This document shows positions 9,976-19,363 of a DNA stretch of 64,000 nucleotides, in pieces. Source of the DNA: Desulfobacterales bacterium (GTDB lineage Bacteria > Desulfobacterota > Desulfobacteria > Desulfobacterales > JBGLNM01); NCBI GenBank assembly GCA_041299705.1, contig JBGLNM010000001.1, positions 281,763 to 345,762 of the forward strand, in the 5' to 3' direction. A model generated the notes under the pieces. It was not told the origin of the DNA, searched no databases, and saw nothing but the letters and a program-made list of their open reading frames with translations. Positions within the stretch are counted from its first letter, which is position 1. The number at the start of each line of letters is the position of its first letter. Position numbers and translations under genes: made by a program.

Positions 9976-12900
9976 CTAGCAGGCCGGCCCACCGGCGGCC
10001 GGCCGGCCGGCGATCATCGCCCCGCGCGATGTCTTGCCGTCGACCTTGATGGTCATGGGGCCGTCGAGGCGGCAGTGCCTGAGGAAGGCGGTTTCCGACA
10101 CCGCCGGCAGGCTGCCGAGCCACTGCCAGTCCAGGAAGTCCGCATCGTTCCCGGTGACGGTGAGATAGCTGATCCCCAGGGAGGTGATGTTGTGAAAGAA
10201 GTGCGACCCCTGGGAGGGGTCCGCGCTCAGGTTTTTGAAGGAAGTCTCGACGATGGCGCCCACGCCGGAGATGTCGCTCCAGGTGACCGGTATGCCGAGC
10301 CACCGGTCCGAGGACCCCCAGCGCCCGGGCCCGATGAGGACGTACTTGCGGCCCGCGGCTTCCAGCTCCCGGTTCAGCCTTCCGATCTCCCCGGCGACGG
10401 CCACCGTCCGGGCCGGGTCGAAGGACTCCGGCTTGACGAAGACGATGTCCGCGATGTCGGTGCCCACCCCGTTGCCGAGGGACTTGGAAGAGAAGCAGAA
10501 GGCGTCGCCGATGTCGGCCGGGTAAAGGTCGACGTCGACCACGTGCAGGCCCCTGGCCATGGGCCGGATCTGAAGCAGGTCGAACCCCGCGACGGCATCC
10601 GGCCGGCCGGGGATATCCACGGCGAACTCGATCTCCACCGGTCCGCCCATCCCCTTGCGGCTCAGGGCCAGGACCTCGTTCAGGATCTCGGGCAAGGGGA
10701 CGATGCCGCGCTTCAGGATGCCGGCCCAGGTCAGCAGCGGCACGCCCCTGGGGCTCAGGACGTCGCGGATCCGGTCGTCCTGGGGATCGTAGGTGCTGAA
10801 CAGGGCGCCGAGCCCGGGCTGGCCGGCGGCCTCGCCCACCTCGAGGCGCACCAGGGTGGCCTCCTCCCCTTCCCTCCGCCCGCCCGCGACCAGGTCGATC
10901 TCCCCTTCCTCCATGCGCAGGGCATAGAAAATGCGCTGCGCATTCCTGAGAATGTCGGCCACGGTGGAAAACTGGGGCAGGAACCGGGCGTGGCGCGGGC
11001 AGAATCGCAGGCTGGCGCCGCCTTCCACGACGGTCTTGCCCAGCCCCAGGGCGATGTGGGCGATGCCCTCCTCGGGCAGCAGGAAGGCGAGGGGATAGAA
11101 GTTGTAGGATTCGGCGACGCCCGAAACCGCCGGGAAGTGGTAGCGCCCTCCGGCATAGGACGACCCGCTGATCCTCTGGATGATCACCGCCATTTTTTCG
11201 TCCTCGATCCGGTGGCGCGTGTTGCGCGCATAGGACCGCGGGGCCTCCAGGTAGGTCGAGGCGTAGACCAGCTTGACGGCGGTCTCCAGGCGCTGCAGCC
11301 GGATGTCGGGGTCGGGGTGGCTGTTGGGCAGCATGTAAGTGCGATAGATGCCCGCGAAAGGCTGGAACTGGGCGTCCTCCAGCAGGCTGGAGGAGCGCAC
11401 CGCCAGGGGGTAGTCGGCGTGGGCGCAGAAGGCCTCCAGGTCCCGGTGCAGCCACCCGGGCATCGGTGCGCGGGCAAAGGTGTCGAGGATGCGGGCGTCC
11501 TCCCAGCCGGTTCGGGCGACGGCGTGCAGGCGGTTCTCCTCGATGAAGGCGTCGAACCCCTCGGTGGAAACGACCAGGGTCCTGGGGACCGCGATCTGGA
11601 CCCCGGGAAACTTCTCGTGCAGGGCCTTGCTTTTCTGCAGTTCGGTCGCCATGAAGGCCAACCCCCGGGCCTTGCCGCCCAGGGACCCCTTGCCGATCCT
11701 GACGAAATCGGCATCGGGGTCAAAGACCCCCGAGAAGAACTGGGTGATCACGCCCCGCTGGCGCCCCCGGCGCCTGAGGCGGATGCACTCCACCAGGTAG
11801 TGCTTGATGTCGTTTGCGTCGGCGAAGTCGGTGGCCTTGACGGGCTTGAGCTTGGTGGCCAGCAGGATCTCGGAGCGCGCCATCAGCCAGCTCGAGAAAT
11901 CGTTTTTCTGGGCGTGGAAGTAGACCGACTCGCTGGGGACCAGGGGAAGGACCCTCTCCAGTTCGAGGAGGTTGGCTGCGCGGCCGACCTCCGTGCCGTC
12001 GGGCATGCGGAAGATGAAATCGCCGAACCCCAGGCGGCTCTTGAAAAAGCAGCGGATCTCCGCGTGAAGGGTGGGCGAGCCCTTGTTCAAGAACACCGCG
12101 TGGACCTTTTCCGCCAGGGCGCGGTTGGCCGGCTCCCGGCTGAACATCAGCGTCGGCAGGTCCGGCGTCTCGCGCCGGATCAGGGAGAGCAGATCGAAGC
12201 CGGCGGTCTCCTCGATCCGGCCGCCTTTGGGAAAGCGCACGTCGGAGAGCACCGAAAGAAGGTAGGGCTTGTAGCGGCGGTACAGGGCAAGGGCCTCCTC
12301 GTAGGTCTCCGCCACCAGGACCTTGGGCCGCGCCCGCATCCTGAATATCCGGTGCTCGTCGTTCAGGGACTCCTCCATGGCCGCCTGGGTCTGCAGCACG
12401 ATCTCCTTGTAGATCATCGGGACCAGGGTGGCGTAGTAGATGGGCGAGTCCTCGACCATGATGATGACCCGCACCCGGGCCCGGTGGGTGTCGTAGTCGA
12501 TGTTCATCCGGTCTTCGACGCTTTTGACCATGGCGAGCAGCAGGTCGGCGTTGCCCATCCAGACCAGCAGCTTGTCGATCCCACCCCTGGCCGGGCACGC
12601 CGGCTCCGTGAGGAGCCTGCCGGTGCCGTGGGCCAGGAGAAAGACCGGCAGGCTAGGGAAGCTGCGCTTGATGGTCCGGCCGAGGTCGTAAGGGGCCATG
12701 TCGTCGATGCTGGGCATGGTGATGACCAGGTCGAATTTTTTCGCGCTCAGGGCCTCGAGGGCCTCGTGGGCCGTCGAGACCCAGGTCAGCTTGGGGGGCC
12801 TGGAAAGGTTCAGGCCGCGGTACTCGTGGATGATGCGCTCCGCCAGGCGCCCCTCCTCCTCCATGATGAAGGCGTCGTAGGGGCTCGACACCAGGAGGAT

Positions 12901-12999
12901 GTCGCTGACCTTCCTGGCCATCAGTTCGTAGAACACCTTGAAGGACAGATCGAAATCGTCCCAGCCGGGAAGGGGCGGAGCGGTGGGGTCGGGCGTCAT
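9976..12999 (-). CDS. PEP/pyruvate-binding (PPDK_N ATP-grasp) domain protein with N-terminal receiver-like domains; no His-carrier or pyruvate-binding barrel seen
   Basis: ILLVSSPYDAFIMEE and IIMVEDSP (REC-like); GSLGGKARGL, LAVRSSSLLED, MAVIIQ, FEFAV-like IEFAVD, LLQIRP. No TSH motif. Confidence 0.8.
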   Translation of the reverse strand: MTPDPTAPPLPGWDDFDLSFKVFYELMARKVSDILLVSSPYDAFIMEEEGRLAERIIHEYRGLNLSRPPKLTWVSTAHEALEALSAKKFDLVITMPSIDDMAPYDLGRTIKRSFPSLPVFLLAHGTGRLLTEPACPARGGIDKLLVWMGNADLLLAMVKSVEDRMNIDYDTHRARVRVIIMVEDSPIYYATLVPMIYKEIVLQTQAAMEESLNDEHRIFRMRARPKVLVAETYEEALALYRRYKPYLLSVLSDVRFPKGGRIEETAGFDLLSLIRRETPDLPTLMFSREPANRALAEKVHAVFLNKGSPTLHAEIRCFFKSRLGFGDFIFRMPDGTEVGRAANLLELERVLPLVPSESVYFHAQKNDFSSWLMARSEILLATKLKPVKATDFADANDIKHYLVECIRLRRRGRQRGVITQFFSGVFDPDADFVRIGKGSLGGKARGLAFMATELQKSKALHEKFPGVQIAVPRTLVVSTEGFDAFIEENRLHAVARTGWEDARILDTFARAPMPGWLHRDLEAFCAHADYPLAVRSSSLLEDAQFQPFAGIYRTYMLPNSHPDPDIRLQRLETAVKLVYASTYLEAPRSYARNTRHRIEDEKMAVIIQRISGSSYAGGRYHFPAVSGVAESYNFYPLAFLLPEEGIAHIALGLGKTVVEGGASLRFCPRHARFLPQFSTVADILRNAQRIFYALRMEEGEIDLVAGGRREGEEATLVRLEVGEAAGQPGLGALFSTYDPQDDRIRDVLSPRGVPLLTWAGILKRGIVPLPEILNEVLALSRKGMGGPVEIEFAVDIPGRPDAVAGFDLLQIRPMARGLHVVDVDLYPADIGDAFCFSSKSLGNGVGTDIADIVFVKPESFDPARTVAVAGEIGRLNRELEAAGRKYVLIGPGRWGSSDRWLGIPVTWSDISGVGAIVETSFKNLSADPSQGSHFFHNITSLGISYLTVTGNDADFLDWQWLGSLPAVSETAFLRHCRLDGPMTIKVDGKTSRGAMIAGRPAAGGPAC

Positions 13000-13214
13000 C
13001 TGCCATCATCCTTTTTATGATTTTTCAATCAGTTAATCTGTTTATTGCCTGACGGCGCGCCTGTCAAGTCTTTTGTCCCCGGCCCATCCGGGAAAGGGGC
13101 CCCCTGCCCCCGCGGCCACTATTGTGTTGCCAGCCCTTCTCCCCTTTGATATGAATGTCGTTTTCAACTCATACCACAAAGTAACAGGGGCACCCGCCCC
13201 TTTCCACAACCGCC

Positions 13215-16200
13215 CTAAGGATGCGCGATGAACCCACCCCCGGCCCCGGAACGCGGTTCGAACCCGGTCTGGGAGAGCTCTTGATCTCGGTTGAAGGTGC
13301 AGGTCTTCTCGCGTTCGTTGCACACCAGGTCGCCGCACCCCACCACGCAGGTCCGGCCGAGGCGGTGGGCGACCACCGCGGCGTGGGAGGTGAGCCCCCC
13401 GCGTGCGGTCAGCAGGCCGTCGGCCGAGTAGATCTCCAGGATGTCGTCGGGGACCGTGTCGCCCCGCACGAGGACCAGGGCCGTGTCCGGCTCCGCCTGC
13501 CGCCAGCGGTCGATTTCCTCCAGGGTGAAGACGATGCGGCCGCCCATGGCGCCCCCGCTCACCCCGATCCCGTGGCCCAGGTAGCTGCCATCGGCCTCCT
13601 GCGGCTCGAATGCCAGCACGCTCTTGCGCTCGCGCATGGCCATGTCCCGGGTTTGGAGAATGTAGAGATTGTCGGCCTCGGGCCCCTCGAAGGTGAACTC
13701 GATCTCCTGGGGGCTCCAGCCCCTGCGATAGACCAGGATCTTGGACCATTCCCTGAGGGCGTTGAAAATCAGGGGGAAGTGGGTCTCGAGGGTGATGTCG
13801 GTCTCGCGCAGCTCGACCTCCTGCTGCCGGATGGAGATCGGCAGGGTCTGCACCAGGCCGGACACCACGTCCTCGCCCTGGTTTCCGATGGTGAAATCCC
13901 CCCACAGCCTCAGGCTGTCGGCCGACCAGCGGGGGTCGTGGGTGAAGATCACGCCGGTGCCGGACTGGCGCGACTTGTTGCCGAAAACCATGGCCTGCAC
14001 CGTCACGGCCGTGCCCCAGTCGTCCGAAATGCCCATGATCCGGCGGTAGGTGCGGGCCTTGGGGGACTCCCATGACGCCATGACCATCTTGATGACGGTG
14101 TGCAGCAGGGCGAAGGGGTCCTTTTCGACCGTGATGCCGGCATCGCCCAGCTGTCCCCGGTAGGCCAGCGCCACCTGCCGCATCTGGTCGCCGCTGAACC
14201 CGCGCTTCAGGGGAATCCCGGCCTTCTTCTTGTGGTGGCTGATGGTGGCGTCGAAACCGTCGCGGTGCAGCCCGAAGGCCATGCCGTAGCCCTGCAGGAA
14301 GCGCCGGTAGTTGTCCCAGGCAAACCAGGGGTTGCCCGTGGCGGAGGCGATCCCGGCGGCGATCTCCTCGTTGATGCCGACGTTGAGGAACGTGTCCATC
14401 ATGCCCGGCTGGGAGATGGAGGCGCCGCTGCGCACCGAAAAAAGCAGCGGGTTCCGGGGGTCTCCGAAAGCCTTGCCCGTGGCCGCCTCGAAGGCGGCCA
14501 CGTGGCGGGCCACCTGTTCCCTGAAGTTGGCTTCGGCCGGCCGGTACTGCTCGATGATCCGGCGAACCCGGAAAACCTCTGTCGTGATGATGAAGCCGGG
14601 GGGAACCGGCAGGCCGTACTCCTTGATCTTGACCAGGTTCTGGCCCTTGTTGCCCAGGTGGATGATGCTCGAAACCCGGTTGCTGGCATGATAGATGGGC
14701 GTCATGGCGTTTTCGGGATCGTAGAGCAGCAGCTGGTGGAGCTTGTCCTTGGGCAGCTCGCTGGACTGGCGGTAGAGGGTGTTCAGGATGCGGCCGATCA
14801 GCAGGTCGAGCTGTTGCAGCCCCAGCGAGAGGGCGATGCGGTCGCGGGCGAAGATTTCCGACACCCGCGGGACGAGCTTTTCCGGGTCCCGGTCCGCCCC
14901 ATGGGGAACGTACTTGGGCAGGATCGCGTCGCCGGGCATGACCGCCAGGACCCGGTTGAGGTTTTCGTCGTGGATGTTGTGAAAGTAGTCGTTGATGATG
15001 TTCCTGACCGCCGCCGAAAAGCCCTTGAAGATGTCGATGTACTGGGTGAAGGTGAACCCTTTGATCTCGAGGGAGTGGGCCAGGAAATCCAGCTGCCGCT
15101 CGATCTCGTTGGAATGGATCCCGTCCAGCCTGAGAGCCTTGTCGAAAAGCCTCAGGCTGGCGAAAATGTCGTAAAAGGTGGCCTTGGTGATCATCGACAG
15201 CTCGATGGCGTCGACCAGTTGCTCGAAAAGCACGTTGACCAGGCTCTCGATGCGGAACATGAGGCCCAGGGCATCGAACTTCATCTCGTGATAGCTGCCG
15301 TACATGGAAGGGATGTCCACGGTGATGTGGCGCTTCTTGTATATGTCCTCCCGTATCTCGAAGGTCCGGGGGGAAAGGACGATGCGCTTCAGCAGCTCGA
15401 GATATTCCAGCAGCATCAGGAGCTTCTTCTTGACGTCGCCCACCTCCAGGGCTTCCCGCAGGCGGTTGAGCTCCGGGAAGGCCTCGGCCCGCAACTGGCC
15501 GATGTAGGTGCCGAGCTCGGTGAACCCGATGGTGTATTTCTGGTTCAGCAGCTGGAAAAGGATCACCGCCAGCTCCACCCGCTCGGTATCCGCCGGGTCG
15601 GCATCCTCCAGACTTTCCCAGGCGGACTTGAAATCCGCTTCCCCTATGTCGGGCAATCCCTTGCCCCGGGCCGCGCCGCAGGCTTTCAGGTGGCGGATGG
15701 CGCGGTGAACCCCGTCGACATGGCGCCCGTCCTCGGATGTCTGCCGGTAGATGTCCGGCGGCACGAACGGCTCCAGGCCCGTCCTGTCTCGGGTCTCCCA
15801 GAACTTCAGGACCGCATCCATGAGGCAGACGATGCGGTTGCTGCTCTCCACGTGGCTCTGCTTGCGCAGGAAGTGGATCAGGGTGTCCTTGCGCCGCGAT
15901 ATCTCGTCTAAGCGGGTGGAGATGTCGCGCAGCCTTCCCTCCGCACCGATGTCGTTGAAGTAGACCGGGAAAAGCCGCGCCAGCTGTTTGGCCAGGTTGA
16001 ACACCGGCACGATGTCGCTGTTCAGAAACTGGGTGATGTCCCGCGGGAACAGGTCGACGTCCTTGATGAACACGCCGAAGAGCGCAAGGTGGATGATGAG
16101 GCCCGACAGGAGCCGGGTCGACCACTTGGGGTTCTGTTCGATGAGTTCCAGCCAGACCCGGATATTCTGGATATGGGCCTTGTTGACCCGGATCTGCCAG

Positions 16201-17408
16201 TCGTCGCCCACGCCGGTGATCATGGGGGTTTGGAAGCCGAGGTCGATGACGGAGTCGATGAAGAGGTTCACCAGCTCGCTGTCATCGGTTTTGTAAACCC
16301 CCCTTCCCATGTTGAGAACGCAGTTCAGGGCCGTTGCCGGAAACTTGCCGACCTGGAGCTTCAGGATGCCGAAGGTCTTGCGGATCAGGTTCTGGATACC
16401 GCGGTAGTGCTCGTTTTCGATGATCCAGGCCATGGTCCGGTTGATGCCCCGCAGGGTTTCCTCGTGAATCACGGCCAGGCCGGACATGTTCATGATGTGA
16501 AAGAGGAAAAGCACCTTCCAGTGGTTTCCCTCCAGTTCGGTCTTGCCGGTCTCCAGCAGCACCTGGGGCATGCGGCGGTAGACGTCCATGATCTGGTTGT
16601 GCCCGGGAAGCGTCAGCAGGCGCTCGGCGGTCCGTGCCGGATCGGACGCGGCGCCGTCGGCCAGCGCTGCCAGCTGCAGGCGCCACTGGGAGATGCGGGC
16701 GTGGGAGATGTCGCGGAAGATCTCCTCGAAGCGCTCCGGGCCGCTGACATCCTCGGCCCTGGCCAGAAACCACTCGAGGGGGTCGCGTTCCGAAAGCCAG
16801 TAGTCATAGACGGCATGGCAGTAGCGGATCAGCAGCCGGTTGACGGCCCCGAGGCCTTCACCGCCTGAACCCGCCCCGGCCACTGCGGCGCCCACCAGGG
16901 TCTTCAGGGAGTAGAAGCTGCTGATGAAGAGAAAAAATTCCGTGTCCGGCAAGGCTTCGATGCGCTCGAAGGCCTTCCAGAGCGCCGGGCTCAGCTTCAG
17001 GATGTCGGCGCCACCCTCCTGGGCGATTTTCTGCAGGAACAGCAGCAGGTTGTCGGCCGCATCGGCCCGGGTGGGAATGTCCTCCCCATTCTCGACGGCG
17101 TTGAGGAAAATTTCCGCGAACAGCCATGCGGCTTCGCCACCCAGGGGGTGCCGCCGAATCTGGTGGAAGTAATCGAGGCAGTAGCCGCGGGCCTCCTTGA
17201 TGATGAAGCGCCAGTTGCGGTAGGGATGCGACAGCTCCTCCAGGAAGGTGGTGAGGCTTTCGCGCAGGCCGAAATAGCGCGCCATCACCTCCTGGAGGGG
17301 GGCGTACTTGGGATCGACGGTCACCTCGACGTGGTAGTCGGCGAGGTTGACCTCCAGGGCCTTGGACTTGATCATGGCGCCGCTTTCAGGGGTCTTTGCC
17401 GGGGTCAC
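13215..17408 (-). CDS. Very large PPDK-like protein: about 900-aa helical N-terminal region, ATP-grasp domain and phospho-His swivel domain, with no C-terminal PEP/pyruvate barrel
   Basis: GNKGQNL, VPPGFIITT, LLFSVRSGA..SQPGMMDT.LNVG, VQAMVFGN, QGEDVVSG, LQTR, RGGLTSHAAVVA. The last ~25 aa look atypical (possible junction near 13290). Confidence 0.8.
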   Translation of the reverse strand: MTPAKTPESGAMIKSKALEVNLADYHVEVTVDPKYAPLQEVMARYFGLRESLTTFLEELSHPYRNWRFIIKEARGYCLDYFHQIRRHPLGGEAAWLFAEIFLNAVENGEDIPTRADAADNLLLFLQKIAQEGGADILKLSPALWKAFERIEALPDTEFFLFISSFYSLKTLVGAAVAGAGSGGEGLGAVNRLLIRYCHAVYDYWLSERDPLEWFLARAEDVSGPERFEEIFRDISHARISQWRLQLAALADGAASDPARTAERLLTLPGHNQIMDVYRRMPQVLLETGKTELEGNHWKVLFLFHIMNMSGLAVIHEETLRGINRTMAWIIENEHYRGIQNLIRKTFGILKLQVGKFPATALNCVLNMGRGVYKTDDSELVNLFIDSVIDLGFQTPMITGVGDDWQIRVNKAHIQNIRVWLELIEQNPKWSTRLLSGLIIHLALFGVFIKDVDLFPRDITQFLNSDIVPVFNLAKQLARLFPVYFNDIGAEGRLRDISTRLDEISRRKDTLIHFLRKQSHVESSNRIVCLMDAVLKFWETRDRTGLEPFVPPDIYRQTSEDGRHVDGVHRAIRHLKACGAARGKGLPDIGEADFKSAWESLEDADPADTERVELAVILFQLLNQKYTIGFTELGTYIGQLRAEAFPELNRLREALEVGDVKKKLLMLLEYLELLKRIVLSPRTFEIREDIYKKRHITVDIPSMYGSYHEMKFDALGLMFRIESLVNVLFEQLVDAIELSMITKATFYDIFASLRLFDKALRLDGIHSNEIERQLDFLAHSLEIKGFTFTQYIDIFKGFSAAVRNIINDYFHNIHDENLNRVLAVMPGDAILPKYVPHGADRDPEKLVPRVSEIFARDRIALSLGLQQLDLLIGRILNTLYRQSSELPKDKLHQLLLYDPENAMTPIYHASNRVSSIIHLGNKGQNLVKIKEYGLPVPPGFIITTEVFRVRRIIEQYRPAEANFREQVARHVAAFEAATGKAFGDPRNPLLFSVRSGASISQPGMMDTFLNVGINEEIAAGIASATGNPWFAWDNYRRFLQGYGMAFGLHRDGFDATISHHKKKAGIPLKRGFSGDQMRQVALAYRGQLGDAGITVEKDPFALLHTVIKMVMASWESPKARTYRRIMGISDDWGTAVTVQAMVFGNKSRQSGTGVIFTHDPRWSADSLRLWGDFTIGNQGEDVVSGLVQTLPISIRQQEVELRETDITLETHFPLIFNALREWSKILVYRRGWSPQEIEFTFEGPEADNLYILQTRDMAMRERKSVLAFEPQEADGSYLGHGIGVSGGAMGGRIVFTLEEIDRWRQAEPDTALVLVRGDTVPDDILEIYSADGLLTARGGLTSHAAVVAHRLGRTCVVGCGDLVCNEREKTCTFNRDQELSQTGFEPRSGAGGGFIAHP

Positions 17409-17544
17409 CCCGCGGCGGAATACCGCGTTTGAAAGGTATCGACCATAAAATTATACAATATTTCGCACCGAGACACCATTCGGCCCCAGGGCCGCCGGGC
17501 CACAGCGGGGCAAGCGGATAGGTCCTTCATTGCGCGCCGGAGCA

Positions 17545-17985
17545 CTAAACCCGCGCCAGGGCCGCCAGTCGGTAGACCAGCATCCCCGCCAGCCAGGCCC
17601 CATCCTCGGGCGAGAGAATCCGGCCGGCGCTGTCGTCGAAGAGGATGTTGGCCTCCGGGCCGAACTCGTCGTCCCCCTCCCAGAGGATCAGGCGCAGGGG
17701 GACCCTGGGGAAGACCGCGAACTCGAAGCCGGCGTCCCCTGCCGGGATTCCGACCCCGCCCAGCCTGCCGGCCGCGCGCCTGAACCCGGCCGCATCCCGG
17801 CCGAAGACGCTTTTCAGCGGGTCGACGGCCCGTTTGACAAAGGCGCTGAAATAAAAGGCGGCCCCGGGGAGCTCGCGGTAGGCGACCCAGTTGCCCGATG
17901 GGGCCGCTTCGGCCGCGCCCAGCAGGTAGTGCAGGATCAGTACCTGCTCCTGGATCGGCACCTCGCGCCCGGCGCCGTCCGCGCT
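17545..17985 (-). CDS. DUF3786-family protein, C-terminal part (N-terminus lost at a junction)
   Basis: QVLILHYLL, WVAYRELPGAAFY, FPRVPLRLILWEGDDEFGPEANILFD. Confidence 0.75.
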   Translation of the reverse strand, partial: SADGAGREVPIQEQVLILHYLLGAAEAAPSGNWVAYRELPGAAFYFSAFVKRAVDPLKSVFGRDAAGFRRAAGRLGGVGIPAGDAGFEFAVFPRVPLRLILWEGDDEFGPEANILFDDSAGRILSPEDGAWLAGMLVYRLAALARV

Positions 17986-19357
17986 CCTCGCGTTGTCGGC
18001 CTGCGCCACCCCATCCAGGGAGGAGGTGCGGGGGCAGCTCGCCCAAACGGTGGAGGAGCGCCTCCAGCTGCAGGTCGACTGGCAGGCCGGCTCCCCGGAA
18101 GAGCGCGCCGTGCGCGAGCGGATCCAGCGCCTCCTGGAGGGGGAGTTGACGGCCGAACAGGCGGTCGTCGTCGCCCTGGTCAACAACCGGGGCATGCGCG
18201 CCGACCTGGCGAAAACCGACGTGGCCCTGGCCGACCTGGTGCAGGCGGGGCTTCTGGAAAACCCCGCCTTCGGACTCGGCCTGCGGTACGGCGGCGGGGA
18301 CCACGAGAGCGAGGTGTCCCTGTTCGTCGCGCTTTTGAACCTGGCGACCCTGTCCGCCCGCCGGACCCTTGCCCGGGGAGACCTGGAGCGGGTGCGCCTG
18401 GAAGCGGCCCAGAGCGCCCTCGACCTGGCCGCGGAGGTGAAACGCGGCTATTACGCCCTGGTGGCGGACCGGCAGGCCCTGGAGCTCTACGGCCAGGTCG
18501 TCGACGCCACGGAGGCCGCCGCGCAGCTGGCCTCCCGGCAGGTCGCCGCCGGCACGCTGAGCCTGCGCGAACAGGCGCTGCACCAGTCCTTCTATGCCCG
18601 GGCGGCCCTGGAAGCCGCCGGGGCCGAGATGCGGTTCGCCTCCGACCGGGAAAAATTCAGCCGCCTCCTGGGGCTGTGGGACGGCAAGAGCGCCTGGCGC
18701 CTGCCTTCCCGCCTGCCGGAGGTGCCGGACACCCTCCCGGCCCTCGTCGACCTGGAACGCCGCGCCCTGGAGCGGCGCATCGATCTCGCGGCGCGGCGGG
18801 CCGCGGTCGACACCGCCCATGCCGCCCTGGAATATGCCCGCCGGACGGGCTGGCTGTCGCTCTTCGGGCTGGGGGTCACCCTGGAGCGCGACGGGGACGG
18901 CTCCCACTGGAGCGGGCCCGACCTGGCCGTCTCCCTGCCGCTCTTCGACCGCGGCCAGGGACGCATCCCCCGGCTGGAAGCCCAGCTCGCAGAGGCCGAA
19001 CACCGGTATGCCCAGCTGGCGGTGGAGGTGCGCAGCGAGGTGCGGGAAGCCGCCTCCCGGCTGGCCGCGACCCACGCGTCCGCGATCCACTACCGCGAGG
19101 CGATTCTGCCCCTGGCGCAGCGCATCGTGGATGAAACCCTGAAATTCTACAACGGGATGCTCGTGGGGGTCTACGAGCTGCTGGATGCCAAGCAGTCCCA
19201 AATCGACGCGGCCCGCGGGGCCATCGACGCATGGCGGGAGTTCTGGACCGCCTGGAGCGATCTGGAGCGCGCGCTGGGGGCTTCGGTCCCGGCGGCGCCG
19301 CCTTCCCCGCCGGCGCCCGCGGAGGCGGATTCCGCCCCGGCGGACCAGGAGAGGTGA
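17980..19357 (+). CDS. TolC/CusC-family outer-membrane lipoprotein of a copper-resistance cassette (start lost at a junction)
   Basis: Lipobox ALLALSAC; AVVVALVNNRGM, LPLFDRGQG, YNGMLVGVYELL. Confidence 0.8.
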
Positions 19358-19363
19358 GCGCTC

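Noticed and set aside
10075-16125. Very long opposite-strand or alternate-frame ORFs (e.g. 10075-13020, 13042-16125, and similarly 33742-37101, 34047-36716, 42182-45265)
   Set aside because: They are shadows of real genes in high-GC DNA with few stop codons, have Arg/Gly/Pro-rich composition and show no family motifs.
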